64,000 bases of DNA from Gammaproteobacteria bacterium (GTDB lineage: Bacteria > Pseudomonadota > Gammaproteobacteria > Burkholderiales > Nitrosomonadaceae): the NCBI GenBank assembly GCA_015709615.1, contig CP054179.1, forward strand, positions 278,785 to 342,784, in the 5' to 3' direction. How positions within the stretch are numbered: the first letter of the stretch is position 1; the number at the start of each line of letters is the position of its first letter. Below are positions 1 to 11,800 of the stretch, piece by piece. The notes beneath the pieces are model-generated. The model worked only from the letters and a program-made list of their open reading frames with translations, searched no databases and was not told the DNA's origin. The translations under genes were made by a program, and so were the position numbers.

Positions 1-43
1 CGAATTTGGATTTACCGCCCTGTTTTTTTGAACATAATGTGTG

Positions 44-937
44 TTATTTCGTTATTTGGGGAAAGCTTTTAACCAAATCATTTAAGTAGGATGAAAATTC
101 CTGCTTAAGCTCAGGATGTTGCAGAGCGAATTCCACAGTAGCCTCCAAGTAACCGGATTTGCTGCCGCAGTCGTAACGCTTGCCGTCAAATTCGTAGCCT
201 AGCACCGATTCTTCTTGCAGCAATTTCGCGATCGCATCCGTCAGCTGAATTTCATTACCGGCACCGCGTTCCGTTTTTTCCAGCAACTTGAAAATGCGCG
301 GTGTCAGGATATAGCGTCCGACCACCGCGAGATCGGATGGCGCCTCATCGACCGGAGGTTTTTCGACGATTGCGTTGACTTTGGACAAGTTATTGGCAAT
401 CGATGCACCGTTGATAATGCCATAACGGTTAACCGTATGATGAGGGACCTTTTCGATTCCCAAGACTGAACAATGGTGCTGCGCGTAAATATCCACCATT
501 TGACTCAAACAACATTGTTTGCCGCCATCGATCAAATCATCCGCCAGTAAAACCGCAAACGGTTCATCGCCGACAACCGATTGTGCGCATAAAACCGCAT
601 GTCCCAGTCCCAGTGCTTCGGCTTGCCGGATATAAACGCAATCGATGCGCGCCGGCAGGATATTGCGGACAATATTCAGCATTTCATGCTTTCTATCCGC
701 TTCCAGTTTCGCTTCCAACTCAAATGCCTTATCGAAGTGATCGGGTATGGAGCTTTTGTTACGCCCGATGATGAAAATCAGTACGTCGATACCCGCGGCA
801 ACCGCTTCTTCCGCAGCAAATTGAATCAACGGCTTATCGACGATCGGCAGCATTTCCTTGGGATTCGCCTTGGTCGCCGGTAAAAAACGTGTACCTAATC
901 CGGCAACAGGAAAAACAGCCTTTCTTATCGCTTTCAT
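44..937 (-). CDS. galU: UTP--glucose-1-phosphate uridylyltransferase
   Basis: 297-aa ORF. N-terminal AVFPVAGLGTRFLPATKANPKEMLP nucleotidyltransferase signature and full-length GalU-like sequence. Confidence 0.93.
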   Translation of the reverse strand: MKAIRKAVFPVAGLGTRFLPATKANPKEMLPIVDKPLIQFAAEEAVAAGIDVLIFIIGRNKSSIPDHFDKAFELEAKLEADRKHEMLNIVRNILPARIDCVYIRQAEALGLGHAVLCAQSVVGDEPFAVLLADDLIDGGKQCCLSQMVDIYAQHHCSVLGIEKVPHHTVNRYGIINGASIANNLSKVNAIVEKPPVDEAPSDLAVVGRYILTPRIFKLLEKTERGAGNEIQLTDAIAKLLQEESVLGYEFDGKRYDCGSKSGYLEATVEFALQHPELKQEFSSYLNDLVKSFPQITK

Positions 938-1010
938 TTAAGTTCTCCTTAATAGTGAGTCGCCACAACCGCCCTCATCCGATTCCGGTAGTCCGGAAAA
1001 GTAGCTCCGG

Positions 1011-2045
1011 TCAGCTTTGATAGCCGCTCGGATTGGTGCTTTGCCAATGCCAACTGCTTGTGCACATTTCATCCAATCCGAGTTTGGCTTGCCAGCCCAG
1101 CAATTCGAAAGCGCGCTTTGGATCCGCATAACAAGCAGCAATATCACCGGAACGCCGGGGAGCGATCTGGTACGGGATCGGCCGTCCGCTTGCCTGTTCG
1201 TAGGCATGCACCACTTCCAATACGCTGTACCCTCGTCCGGTGCCTAGGTTTACGGTCAAACAGCCGGAATATTGACTATCTTGCGTATGACGCGACGCTT
1301 CCAGTACCTCCAGAGCCTTGAGATGCCCCTGTGCCAAATCGACGACGTGAATATAATCGCGCACGCCGGTGCCGTCTGGCGTAGGGTAATCGTTTCCCCA
1401 TACGTTCAAAGTTTCCCTTCGCCCCACCGCGACCTGCGCCACGAAAGGCATCAAGTTATTCGGAATTCCTTGCGGATCTTCGCCGATCAGTCCGCTGGCG
1501 TGCGCCCCCACCGGGTTGAAGTACCGCAATATACCGATCCGGAATGAATTGTCACTGCGCTGTAAATCGCGCAGAATCTCTTCGATCATCAGCTTGCTGC
1601 GTCCGTAGGGATTCGTTGCAGTCAGTGGATGATCTTCCGTTAGCGGCAGGCGTACCGGATCACCATAAACCGTTGCCGAAGAACTGAATACTAATGTTTT
1701 GACATCGCATGCTTGCATCGCTTCCAATAGCCGCAATGTCCCGGCGACGTTATTGTCGTAATAGGAAAGCGGCTGCTCAACCGATTCCCCGACGGCTTTA
1801 AGTCCGGCAAAATGGATAACCGCTTTGGCTTTACTTTGCTGTAACGCTGCCGTCAAGGCGGCCCGATCACGGCAATCGCCGGTAATTAATCCAGGTTTCC
1901 TGCCGGTAATTTTCTGCACGCGCATCAGTGCTTCCGGATTGCTGTTACAAAAATTATCGAAAACCGTAATGTCAAATCCCGCATTTAGCAATTCGACGCA
2001 AGTGTGCGACCCGATGTATCCAGCACCGCCTGTAACAAGAATCAT
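1011..2045 (-). CDS. galE: UDP-glucose 4-epimerase
   Basis: 344-aa ORF. Rossmann motif [13 protein letters not shown], an SDR YGRSK catalytic motif, GalE length. Confidence 0.92.
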   Translation of the reverse strand: MILVTGGAGYIGSHTCVELLNAGFDITVFDNFCNSNPEALMRVQKITGRKPGLITGDCRDRAALTAALQQSKAKAVIHFAGLKAVGESVEQPLSYYDNNVAGTLRLLEAMQACDVKTLVFSSSATVYGDPVRLPLTEDHPLTATNPYGRSKLMIEEILRDLQRSDNSFRIGILRYFNPVGAHASGLIGEDPQGIPNNLMPFVAQVAVGRRETLNVWGNDYPTPDGTGVRDYIHVVDLAQGHLKALEVLEASRHTQDSQYSGCLTVNLGTGRGYSVLEVVHAYEQASGRPIPYQIAPRRSGDIAACYADPKRAFELLGWQAKLGLDEMCTSSWHWQSTNPSGYQS

Positions 2046-2264
2046 GATAATTAATCCGATGAAAAGTGATAGATTTGCTCGAACGCTTTACAATTTTTCA
2101 AGCGCACGATGACACTGTGGCATGAAAACGGTTACAAAATGATTTAATGAACCATAAAACTTACGAGTCTAGTCAGAGACTTTGATGTGGCACGGTCATT
2201 CGTTCGCATCGCCGCCAATCGCGCCACACTGATGCATGCGATGATTTATCGGGCAATAGTGCTA

Positions 2265-4148
2265 TTAACTGAGCACGCCCGCTTGCGTCAGGTAACGGAT
2301 GATATGCTCCACCGCCTGCTCAGGGGTCTGAATAGCCCTATCGATACGGATTTCCGGATTATCCGGTGCTTCGCCGGTAGAATTAACTTTGCTGCGATCG
2401 CCTTTTTGCAATTCCTTCAGCTCTCGCGCTTCTGCCGTCTGGATCGTTGCATCGACAAATATTTCAAAAAATTCGCCCTGTGCCACCAATTCACGCGCCA
2501 TTTTACGTTCGTCGGAAAACGGTGAAATCAGAGAAACCAGCACGATTTGTCCGACATCAACCATCAGCTTGGCTACTTCCGCAGTGCGCCGGATATTTTC
2601 AATCCGGTCGGCATCGGTAAAACCGAGATCTTTATTCAAGCCGTGACGAATAGTATCTCCATCCAGCAGATAAGTGTGTTTGCCTAACGAATAAAGCTTT
2701 TTCTCGAGCAAAACAGCGATAGCCGACTTGCTGTTGCCGGATCCGGTAAGCCACAAGATGAACGGTTTTTGTCCCTTGAGGGCGGCGCGCGCTTGTTTAT
2801 TCACACTGACCGTTTGCCACCCGGCGCGGCTGTGCGATTGCTGTACGGCCGAGTGCAGCATGCCCGCCCCTACCGTATTATTGGTCAGGCGATCGATCAT
2901 GATAAAACCACCGGTATCACGATCTTCGCTATACGGATCGAATGCGATCAGTTGATCCGTAGCGAGAGTACAAATGCCGATTTCATTGAGCTCAAGCTGC
3001 GTAGCAGCAATATGCTCGAGCGTATTCACATTGACCTTATGCTGCAACTCGGAAATAGTGGCGGTTACCGTTTTTGCACCAATCTTCATCAAGTACGGCC
3101 TGCCGGGAAGCAGCGGTTCGTCGATCATCCAAACCACAGTCGCTGCAAACTGATTGGCCACGCCGGGCGGTGAATCGGTTGTCGCCAACACATCGCCTCG
3201 GCTGATATCGATCTCATCCGTCAATGTCAGCGTAATCGATTGTCCGCAAACCGCCCGGTCAAGATCGCCGTCTTGGGTGACGATGCGCGCCACCCGGCTT
3301 TCCTTGCCGGATGGCAGAACGCAGACGGGATCGCCAGGCTTGACACTGCCGCGTACCACCATGCCGGAATAACCGCGGAAATCCAGATTGGGACGATTCA
3401 CCCATTGCACCGGCATACGGAAAACGCCGGATTGCTCAGCGGCATCTTCTACCTGCACATTCTCCAGATAGCTCATCAATGTGTCGCCGCTATACCACGG
3501 TGTATTCCTGCTTAACTCGGTAATATTATCGCCTTTCAAAGCCGACATCGGGATGGCGACAATATTTTGCAATCCGACCTTTTTGGCGAATACGCGATAG
3601 TCGTGATCGATCCGGTTAAAAACCTCTTCGGAATATCCCACCATATCGAGCTTATTGATCGCCAGCACCACATGCTTGATGCCGATTAAAGAAACCAAAT
3701 AGCTGTGCCGCCGCGTCTGAGTCAACACCCCTTTGCGCGCATCGATCAGAATAATGGCCACATCAGCGGTCGACGCGCCGGTGATCATGTTGCGCGTATA
3801 CTGTTCGTGCCCGGGTGTGTCGGCAACGATAAACTTGCGCTTGTCGGTAGAAAAAAAGCGGTACGCGACATCAATGGTAATGCCCTGTTCACGTTCCGCC
3901 GCCAGTCCATCAACCAGCAGCGCAAAATCCAGATCGCCCGCTTGCGTACCGACTTTCTTGGAATCAACCTCCAATTGAGTCAATTGATCTTCAAATAACA
4001 TCTTCGATTCATAAAGCAATCGGCCGATCAGAGTGCTTTTTCCGTCATCGACACTGCCGCACGTTATAAACCGGAGCAGACTCTTGTTTTCATGCGTTTT
4101 TAAATACAGCTCGATATCTTCTGCGATCAAATCCGATACGTGCGCCAT
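2265..4148 (-). CDS. cysN: sulfate adenylyltransferase subunit 1 fused to an APS-kinase-like C-terminal domain (CysNC type)
   Basis: 627-aa ORF. GTPase motifs GSVDDGKSTLIGRLL, DTPGHEQYTRNM and NKLD. The C-terminal ~175 aa are APS-kinase-like (LDGDTIRHGLNKDLGF, ENIRR) but the P-loop reads GSGNSKS. Confidence 0.9.
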   Translation of the reverse strand: MAHVSDLIAEDIELYLKTHENKSLLRFITCGSVDDGKSTLIGRLLYESKMLFEDQLTQLEVDSKKVGTQAGDLDFALLVDGLAAEREQGITIDVAYRFFSTDKRKFIVADTPGHEQYTRNMITGASTADVAIILIDARKGVLTQTRRHSYLVSLIGIKHVVLAINKLDMVGYSEEVFNRIDHDYRVFAKKVGLQNIVAIPMSALKGDNITELSRNTPWYSGDTLMSYLENVQVEDAAEQSGVFRMPVQWVNRPNLDFRGYSGMVVRGSVKPGDPVCVLPSGKESRVARIVTQDGDLDRAVCGQSITLTLTDEIDISRGDVLATTDSPPGVANQFAATVVWMIDEPLLPGRPYLMKIGAKTVTATISELQHKVNVNTLEHIAATQLELNEIGICTLATDQLIAFDPYSEDRDTGGFIMIDRLTNNTVGAGMLHSAVQQSHSRAGWQTVSVNKQARAALKGQKPFILWLTGSGNSKSAIAVLLEKKLYSLGKHTYLLDGDTIRHGLNKDLGFTDADRIENIRRTAEVAKLMVDVGQIVLVSLISPFSDERKMARELVAQGEFFEIFVDATIQTAEARELKELQKGDRSKVNSTGEAPDNPEIRIDRAIQTPEQAVEHIIRYLTQAGVLS

Positions 4149-5044
4149 TAGAAATAACCCTCCTGCTTTTTCTTTTCCATCGAACCGGCGGAATCGTGAT
4201 CAATCAACCGGCCTTGCCGCTCGGAGGTTCTTGCCAGCAGCATTTCCTGAATAATCGCCGTCAGCGTATTCGCTTCGCTTTCAATTGCGCCGGTAAGCGG
4301 ATAACAACCCAAGGTGCGGAACCGCACCGTCTTCATCATCGGCTGTTCGCCTTCCCGCATCGGCAAACGTTCGTCATCCACCATGATCAATGTGCCATCG
4401 CGCTCGACGACAGGACGTTCCTTGGCAAAATAAAGCGGTACTATGGGAATGTCATTCAGATAAATATATTGCCAGATATCGAGTTCAGTCCAGTTGGAAA
4501 GCGGGAATACCCGGATACTCTCACCTTTATTCTTACGCGCATTATATAACCGCCACAGTTCCGGCCGTTGCAGCTTGGGATCCCAACGATGTTGCGCCGA
4601 GCGGATGGAAAAAATGCGTTCCTTCGCACGGGATTTCTCTTCATCCCGGCGCGCGCCGCCAAAAGCCACATCGAAACCGTACTTATCCAACGCTTGCTTC
4701 AACCCTTCGGTTTTCCAAATATCCGTATGAACCGCCGAGCCGTGCGTAAACGGATTTATTCCTTTCTCCACACCGCGTGGATTAATATGAACCAGCAATT
4801 CGAGCCCGAGTTTTTTCGCCATGACATCGCGAAATTCAATCATTTCCCTGAATTTCCATGTCGTATCGACATGAAGCAAAGGGAACGGCGGTTTCGAGGG
4901 GTAAAATGCCTTTACCGCCAGATGCAGCATGACAGCGCTGTCTTTACCAATGGAATAAAGCATCACCGGGTGTTCGCACTCCGCGACGACTTCCCGCATG
5001 ATTTGTATGCTCTCCGCTTCTAAGCGCTGCAAATGTGTCAGCAT
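4148..5044 (-). CDS. cysD: sulfate adenylyltransferase subunit 2
   Basis: 298-aa ORF. Full-length CysD-like (PAPS-reductase-fold N-terminus SIGKDSAV, C-terminal [16 protein letters not shown]). Its 3' end overlaps the cysN start by 1 nt. Confidence 0.93.
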   Translation of the reverse strand: MLTHLQRLEAESIQIMREVVAECEHPVMLYSIGKDSAVMLHLAVKAFYPSKPPFPLLHVDTTWKFREMIEFRDVMAKKLGLELLVHINPRGVEKGINPFTHGSAVHTDIWKTEGLKQALDKYGFDVAFGGARRDEEKSRAKERIFSIRSAQHRWDPKLQRPELWRLYNARKNKGESIRVFPLSNWTELDIWQYIYLNDIPIVPLYFAKERPVVERDGTLIMVDDERLPMREGEQPMMKTVRFRTLGCYPLTGAIESEANTLTAIIQEMLLARTSERQGRLIDHDSAGSMEKKKQEGYF

Positions 5045-5409
5045 TATCAGTTACTTTCCTTAATCACAAAAATAGAGTTGATCTACCATTATTCGACTGG
5101 CTTACGGTTTTTTTAAAAATACGAACCGGACTTCCGCTTCCTGTCGCCTTAATGATGCCACTTGATTTCAATACCACTTGTTACTTGTTGATTCTGGCAG
5201 AATAAATACCAGAAGGATATGGATTTGATTTTGTAGCGAGATCATAAAAATTTTATTTTTTATGGCATTGAAATTTACAGTAAATTTCCCGGTAATCCTA
5301 CAGTATTTTTGCATACATTTTATCCAATACTCGCGCTATTGTCAGTGTGCTAGGCATTATAGCCGTATCTCTTATAGCATAAGAACAAACACTCAATCTG
5401 ATAAAGCCA

Positions 5410-5438
5410 TTTCTATCGGTAATTGATTCAGGTATAAT
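5410..5438 (+). promoter_or_regulatory. candidate sigma70 promoter of tRNA-Lys
   Basis: Perfect TATAAT at 5433-5438, 10 nt before the tRNA 5' end, followed by a GC-rich discriminator (GCTGCGC). The -35 is weak (TTTCTA). Confidence 0.4.
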
Positions 5439-5448
5439 GCTGCGCTTC

Positions 5449-5524
5449 GGGTCGTTAGCTCAGCCGGTAGAGCAGCGGACTTTTAATCCGTTGGTCGGCA
5501 GTTCGAATCTGCCACGACCTACCA
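5449..5524 (+). tRNA. tRNA-Lys (anticodon UUU)
   Basis: 76-nt cloverleaf folded by hand: acceptor GGGTCGT/ACGACCT, D arm GCTC..GAGC, anticodon arm GCGGA-CTTTTAA-TCCGT, T arm GGCAG-TTCGAAT-CTGCC, encoded CCA. Confidence 0.93.
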
Positions 5525-5532
5525 ATTAAAAA

Positions 5533-5570
5533 GAAGGGGTTAGCAGCGATGCTCAACCTCTTTCTTTTTT
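5533..5570 (+). terminator. intrinsic terminator downstream of tRNA-Lys
   Basis: About 12-bp imperfect stem (GAAGGGGTTAGC / GCTCAACCTCTT with one bulge and G-U pairs) followed by CTTTTTT. Confidence 0.55.
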
Positions 5571-5591
5571 CCGGGGTTACACCGGGGTTAC
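5571..5591 (+). repeat. two direct 10-bp repeats CCGGGGTTAC separated by 1 nt
   Basis: Read directly: ccggggttac a ccggggttac, about 50 bp from the tRNA 3' end. Possibly integrase arm-type sites. Confidence 0.5.
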
Positions 5592-5762
5592 TTTGCAGAT
5601 TTTTCTTGTGCTTTCATGCTCAAGCATTTATGTCAGTTTGCTTTTTTGGCCTGATTGACAAAACCGCACTTTTTTAGCGAATTGCTTGCGCTGACTTGAT
5701 GCAACTTCAGAAGTGATGTTGATTTTCCATACCTCATTTGTGGTCGAAAAAATCAACATTGG

Positions 5763-5790
5763 TTAATTCCGTCGAATTCGACGGAATTAA
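5763..5790. repeat. perfect 28-bp palindrome (TTAATTCCGTCGAATTCGACGGAATTAA)
   Basis: Exact self-complementarity with no spacer, abutting the terminator of the giant gene. Confidence 0.8.
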
Positions 5791-5810
5791 AAACCCGCCG
5801 GAGCGGGTTT
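5786..5810 (-). terminator. intrinsic terminator of the giant virion gene
   Basis: Minus strand: AAACCCGC-TCCG-GCGGGTTT followed by TTAATT, 12 nt after the stop at 5822. Confidence 0.7.
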
Positions 5811-5821
5811 GTTTGCTGTCA

Positions 5822-8800
5822 TCAATCCAACAATTCCAAGCCTATCCTGCCGCGCATTTCCTTCGGAGAGTCTTTCAGCAGCCGGGTGTTCTTATCGGTA
5901 TTCAACGAGCGAACCCGGTCACGGATTTGATTGCCGTTAATGGCTATCGGGATTCTTGGGTTTTTCTTGTTCCAATCGTCCTGGCGTTTCTTCGCTTCAT
6001 CGATCATGGCCTTGTCATTTTCCATGATTCCGCGCGCCCACTGATTCGCTATGCTGGTTTCGGTGATTTTCTGTAAAGAAATATCCTGCTGTAGCGGCAT
6101 TGTCTTTCTGTGCACATTGGCGATCTTGGTCGGATTGAATCCGGATGCCTTTATTGCAGCATCGCTCAATCCCACGTCAGTCACTTTTCGGCCCTTGAAG
6201 TCGCTGGAATATCCTTTTCGTGCCATTTCTTCGGCAGCAAGAATATCCTTGATAGCCTTGGGCGCGAGATTCTGCAATGCTTTTCCGCTATTTCCCTCGG
6301 TTGCTGCGTCGTATGCATCGCCCAATTGGGATCCCATGCCGGCCGCTGGTCCGAGTAACTCGATTGCGTTGCGGGTGCGCATTTGCTCATCCGATTTTTT
6401 TAGCAATCCAGTGCCCGGTATGAAATTGCCAAGCCCTAACCGGCCAGATACATCCAGCGGCAATTGCGACGATATACCATATAAGAACATATCGCCCAGC
6501 TTGTCGCCCAAGATTTGATACGCTGCTTCGCGCTTATTTCTGCGCATATTGGTGTCCAGCCCGAATAACTGGCCGATGGTATCAATCAGATCATCCAAGT
6601 CTTGCGCAAATGGCAATCCTTCCTCGCCGGACGCCAGCATCAACACCGCCAGCATGATGAGTGCCGCGCGTTTTCCTTCCGGTCCGCCACGCTTCCACAT
6701 GCGCGACAGCATTTCCACGTACATCAAACTGAATTGCTTGAACGTCAGGATAGTGCGCCCTGCTGGATTGCGTGCCCAATTAGGCCGGTTCACTTTATTG
6801 TATATGCCCTGGGTTTCGTTGACCGCCCGGACCGCAAAGGCGTAAGGATTGGCATTTCCTTTTTCTTTGGCCATGTTCCAGGCCGCGATGAACGTCAGCT
6901 TGCGGTTAAATTTCTCCGCCAGCGAGAACATGGAACCCCACAGCGTCAGGAATGCATTGATACGCGCGCGCGCATTGTCGCTACCGGCCTTGATCGCTTT
7001 GCCAGCTCCAGGTATGCGCGATAGCGTGCCGATCAAACCGGATGCGATACTTTGCGCACCCATACTATATAGGTGGAAAATTTCCTGAGCATCGACCACG
7101 CCCTCACGGCTTGCGCGTTGCAGCGCGTCCTTCAGACTTTTATCGGTAATTTCCTTTTTGCCCATAGCGTAAGGAATTGCCTTGGTTAATTCGCTCGTCG
7201 CACTCTTCAATCCGAATTGCGACAGGTACGGACCGGTCATCATAACCGGCTGTGTCATATTGATCATAGCCGCCGCGACTGAACCACCCAAGAACCAGGC
7301 GAACATCACGGTTGATAGCGGCGCGGCAGGATCACCCGGGTCAACAATGAATTTTTTCAGTTGAATCGCCTCATCCTTCACGTCGCCTTTATTCTGCGGG
7401 ATGGTGCGGATGGATTCGTTTAGATCGCGCAGATAGTACCGCTGCGCAGAAAAACGGCCATTGCTGGTAATGAAATTGGACAGCACACGCGGCAAATCCT
7501 GGCTGTAACCCGGAGTGCCTTTTCTTTCCAGGCGGCGCTTCAACGCGCTGCGTTCTGATAATGCGATCTGGTAATATTTATTTGCCACATCACCGGCGCC
7601 AATTGCTTCACCGAACAGCGCAACCGTTTCCGGCGAAATACCGGCATACAGTTGGTGCGAATCTTCGCTATCAATACCAGAATCGACACGAATATCATTG
7701 CGATCCTTGTATTTTTCCTTCATCCGGTCGAGCGCTGCCATAGCTTCGCTTTCGGTATCGAACTTGCCGAAGTAGACCGTTGCCGGGCTGCCGTTCTCAT
7801 CGCGTTCCACTGCACCGGTTTGCGGATCGATTTCCTGTGCCGTCACCGTCCATTTGCCAAAGCGCATCAATGGAGCATAGCCACCTTTCTTTAGCCCGGC
7901 AGCGGTATCGAATATCGTGTTTAGGTTTTTGAGCGTGCTGGCGTAGGATTCCTGCAATGCCGCGAGACGCGCAGCACCTTCATCGTCGCCGCGCTTCCTG
8001 GCGCTTTGTATCGCAATATTGAGCACGTTGGCTTGCCGCTCCACCTCGCTCTTGAGCAATGTACCGGCAATTCCGGGCTCATCGATGATCATGCGGCGCA
8101 TGTCTTTGGGAACAATGTGCTGCGCCATCGCGTACCCTTCCGCCGCCGCCAGCTCGTCGATACTTGCATCGACCGCTGCGCGCGCCTGCCGATAGAGTGA
8201 TATGCCGGTTTTATCCAGACCGAACACGTTTTTAAGCTCGGTATCGTCCCACACGCGCCCGTCGGTTGCGCCTTTACCCGCCAATGTACCGGCAAACATC
8301 GCGTCAGCAACCTTCTTAATGTATTTCTGGTTCTGCGCGCCCTTGAACAATCCTTTTGCTGCGGATTTGACATCATCCACGCGAGGCAATACACCGGGCG
8401 CCAATTCTGACGGCCTGATCGATGCCAGCGAAACATGATTCTGCATGGCATTGGCCAGCGAGAACACTTTCCCGTAATGCTGATCTTTCAGCGCCTTGTG
8501 ATACTGCGTTGACAATGTTTTGTGGTATAAGCCGAAATTCTTTGGAGATTTTTCCTTGCTATTGCCGAAGAAGTTGAATAGCTTTTCCTGCGCGCTATCA
8601 ACCGATGATGAGTAATCATCAGGCTCTTTTCCGCCTTTTCTGAAGAGGATGCTTTCGTCGTTCTCGCTGAATGCGCCGGTGTTACCGGTGGCGGATTTTA
8701 TTTGATTTGGGTGAAAAGCAATGTATTGATTACCAACATGGTAACCGTCATCTGCATTTAAAATAATTAAACCATCATTACCGTTATCTTTTGCTTCTTC

Positions 8801-11800
8801 AATATCAAAATCCTTATCGTTATCTTGCGCCCCTGAGTAATCCGCCACCTCTGGATTTATTATTTTTAGATATGACTCAACGACTCTGTTGCCATAAGGC
8901 TTTGCATTATTAACATCGTCTGAGAAGAATGAATCTTTTTTAAATTCATTAAAGTCTTTATCAGTCCCATGATAAACAACCAGCGGCCTACCTTGATCAT
9001 CGACAACTCGACTGTCACCAAACCACTTCCAGAAGTTACGAATACCTTCAACCGTTGGATAAATTGGCTTGCCGTTGCTGTTGCGCGTTGGCCGATCAAT
9101 GCCGTCGATGGTTATGGTTTCTGTAATGCCGCTCTTCCTATCTCCCATCATCAACGCTGAATCATTGCCACCATCGCCGGTTTTTAACTTCTGCCGTCCC
9201 TGGCGCAATATGTTCAACAGATCGGTTTCACCAAACTCAGCCAGCTTGGCGAATTTGTGATCTCTCAACCATGCCCGGATCATGCCAACGATGGCCTTTA
9301 CCTTATCGCCAAACTTCGGTGTTTGCGCGTAATGAGCGAGCGCTTCATCCATCATGATCTTGATTCTGGTTTCGTTCGGCAGCTCGGTATTCTTGAGCAT
9401 GTCGGCATAATCAACCAGACTACCCGTAATACCACGGTCGTTTGCCAGTTTTATCAATCCTTTTCTGCCGCCGATGGCGATATACAGATCATTCAACTTT
9501 TTTGTGATCTCGCTTCCGTACAGCCTACGGACACCCATGTGCCCCTCGATCTCATGCAGAAGGGTTTGCTCTATGTCGGCTTCACTTTCATTATTATTGG
9601 CGATAACATACACTTTGCCGTTATGAACCAGACCCTTTGCATTCTTGGCGGCATCCTCACCATAGTTTTTTGCTATGTTGTTTTTTACGTTGTCCGGCAG
9701 ATCATCAAACGTCGCAACCGTGGATATATCGATATTCCAGACTTTCTGGTTAGCAGCGACAATCCGATCAACTGTAGACCGGGCGACATCGATCTCGACC
9801 CCCCCAACATTTGCAGGATTTCCAAGAAGAAGTGAAGCCTGATCGGCATTGCTGAGAAGCTCATCCAACGCATCGCCATAGCCTAACGTCCGCAATCTGG
9901 ATTTCTGTTTTTCTATTCCAGCAACAAGCAAAGCTTTCTGTTCATCGGGTACTTGCGGACCCTTGGCCATCAATGCGCGCTGTACGCGCTTATGCTCTTC
10001 CCTGGTTTTCTCAAGATCACCGGCTTGTTGGAATGGTTGCTTGGCTTGTTCTCGCAGCGCGGCCGCATCCTTTATCGATTTATCAGCGTGCGCTTTGGCG
10101 TCCTGAATGGTGTCAGGCAGCCGATCGATATAATTTTTCATGCGCTGCACCATGCCGGACGGAGAGAATGCATCCGACATCATCCATACGCCAGAACTGC
10201 CGGTAGGTGTGCGCAGAATCACAGAACTGGCTAAGTGCTCCAGCCTGAAATCGATACCGCGATATTGAACATCAGCCGTATCGATGATGTGCTCACGCAC
10301 GCTATTGAATGCGCTCGCCAGCTCTTTGTATGCAGATTCCTTGTCTGCTTTTGGTTTTCTGCCCTGAACGGCTATCGGCGAGAATCCTTCGCTATCGAGT
10401 TTGTGTTTCTTGGCTTCATCCAGCAATCCTTGCGCTTCGGAAATAATGCTTGGCGCAGTCTTTTTCGCATAATACTCGGCATCGCGCGCTTTTCTGGTCA
10501 TCGCCAGAACCTCATCGGCATGCGAGGCTTGCAGCTTCTCCAGTCTGCGGACTTCGTTGCGCAGCCGGGTTTCTTCCAGGATCAACGGATCGCCGGAAGC
10601 AGCCGCCTTCATGTCGGCAGCGTTTGCCGCTTCGCCGTCAATGTCCTCGATTTCATTGATCGTGCCGTCGTAATTGCGCAGCTGCTCAATGCCGCGCGCT
10701 TTGTGCTCAAGAATCTGCCAGCGCCGGGTGTCGTAGGTTTGTTCCGTAGCATATCGCCCGATGAAAACCTCAAATCCATCTGGATCGCGCTCATAGAGCT
10801 CGTTGCCGCGGCGGATAATTCTCCCTTCGCGCTGCTCTAGATCGGACGGCCGCCACGGCGCATCGATGTGATGCAAACCCACAAGCCTTTTTTGCACATT
10901 CGTGCCCGCACCCATTTTGGGTGTCGAACCCAACAGAAACCTGATCTCGCCCTCATTGACGGCTTTGAACAATTTGTTCTTGGCTACCGGTGTCGAGTAG
11001 TCATGTATGAACGCAATTTCACGCTCCGGCACGCCCTTGGCAATCAGTTTTTTCTTGATGTCATCGTATACAGAAAACTTCGTAGCTCCGGACATTCCGG
11101 CAATATCTTCTCGGGTGAATAATTCCAGGTTTTCAGTTTCAACTTCATTTTCATTGTTGAAATCGTCTATCGCTTCCTGCTCTATCTCACCGGTAGATTC
11201 ACGCTTGGTAATCCAATCGTTTCGCTTATCATCGTTGGACAGCATGCCGTTGGCTGCATCCATTGCATCCTGTTTGCTGCGGCTGTCGGTCAGTATGGCC
11301 GCACCACTGGCCGCATCGTATACATCAAAGCGTTTTGAATCCTTGCCGCTACCGCGCTGAACGATGAAATAAGGCAAATCTTCGTGTCCCGGCATCGTGT
11401 GCATGGTGCCGCGCTTCATATCCAGTGCACCGGATTCATTGCGGACATACAGCCTGCGCGGTTTGTTCGAGAAACTGGAGCGTGCCGATAGCGGAACGGA
11501 CAGATCGCAAAACACCAGCTGCGTGCCACGATCGGATTGCCACTGCTTGTATATCCGCATCATGTTATCAACGGCCAGATTGATTTTCGATCCCTTAAAA
11601 TCTGGCGCTGACGGATTAATCAGCCGGTAATCAAGCCCGGCTTTATTAGCTTCACCGGTCAAGGATAGTGCGTTAACCTTGCCTTTTGTATCCCTGGTCA
11701 ACTGGCGCAGATTGGCAAAACGCCCAACGATGGAATCCGGATTAACAGACACGACCGGGGATAGCGCCAATTCAGCGATTTTTAACCGTGCATCTTGCTC

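Noticed and set aside
938-2525. ORFs 938-1207, 1017-1321, 1272-1547, 1825-2112 and 2187-2525 in and around galE and cysN.
   Set aside because: They overlap or shadow well-supported housekeeping genes or span intergenic DNA, and none has a recognisable product.
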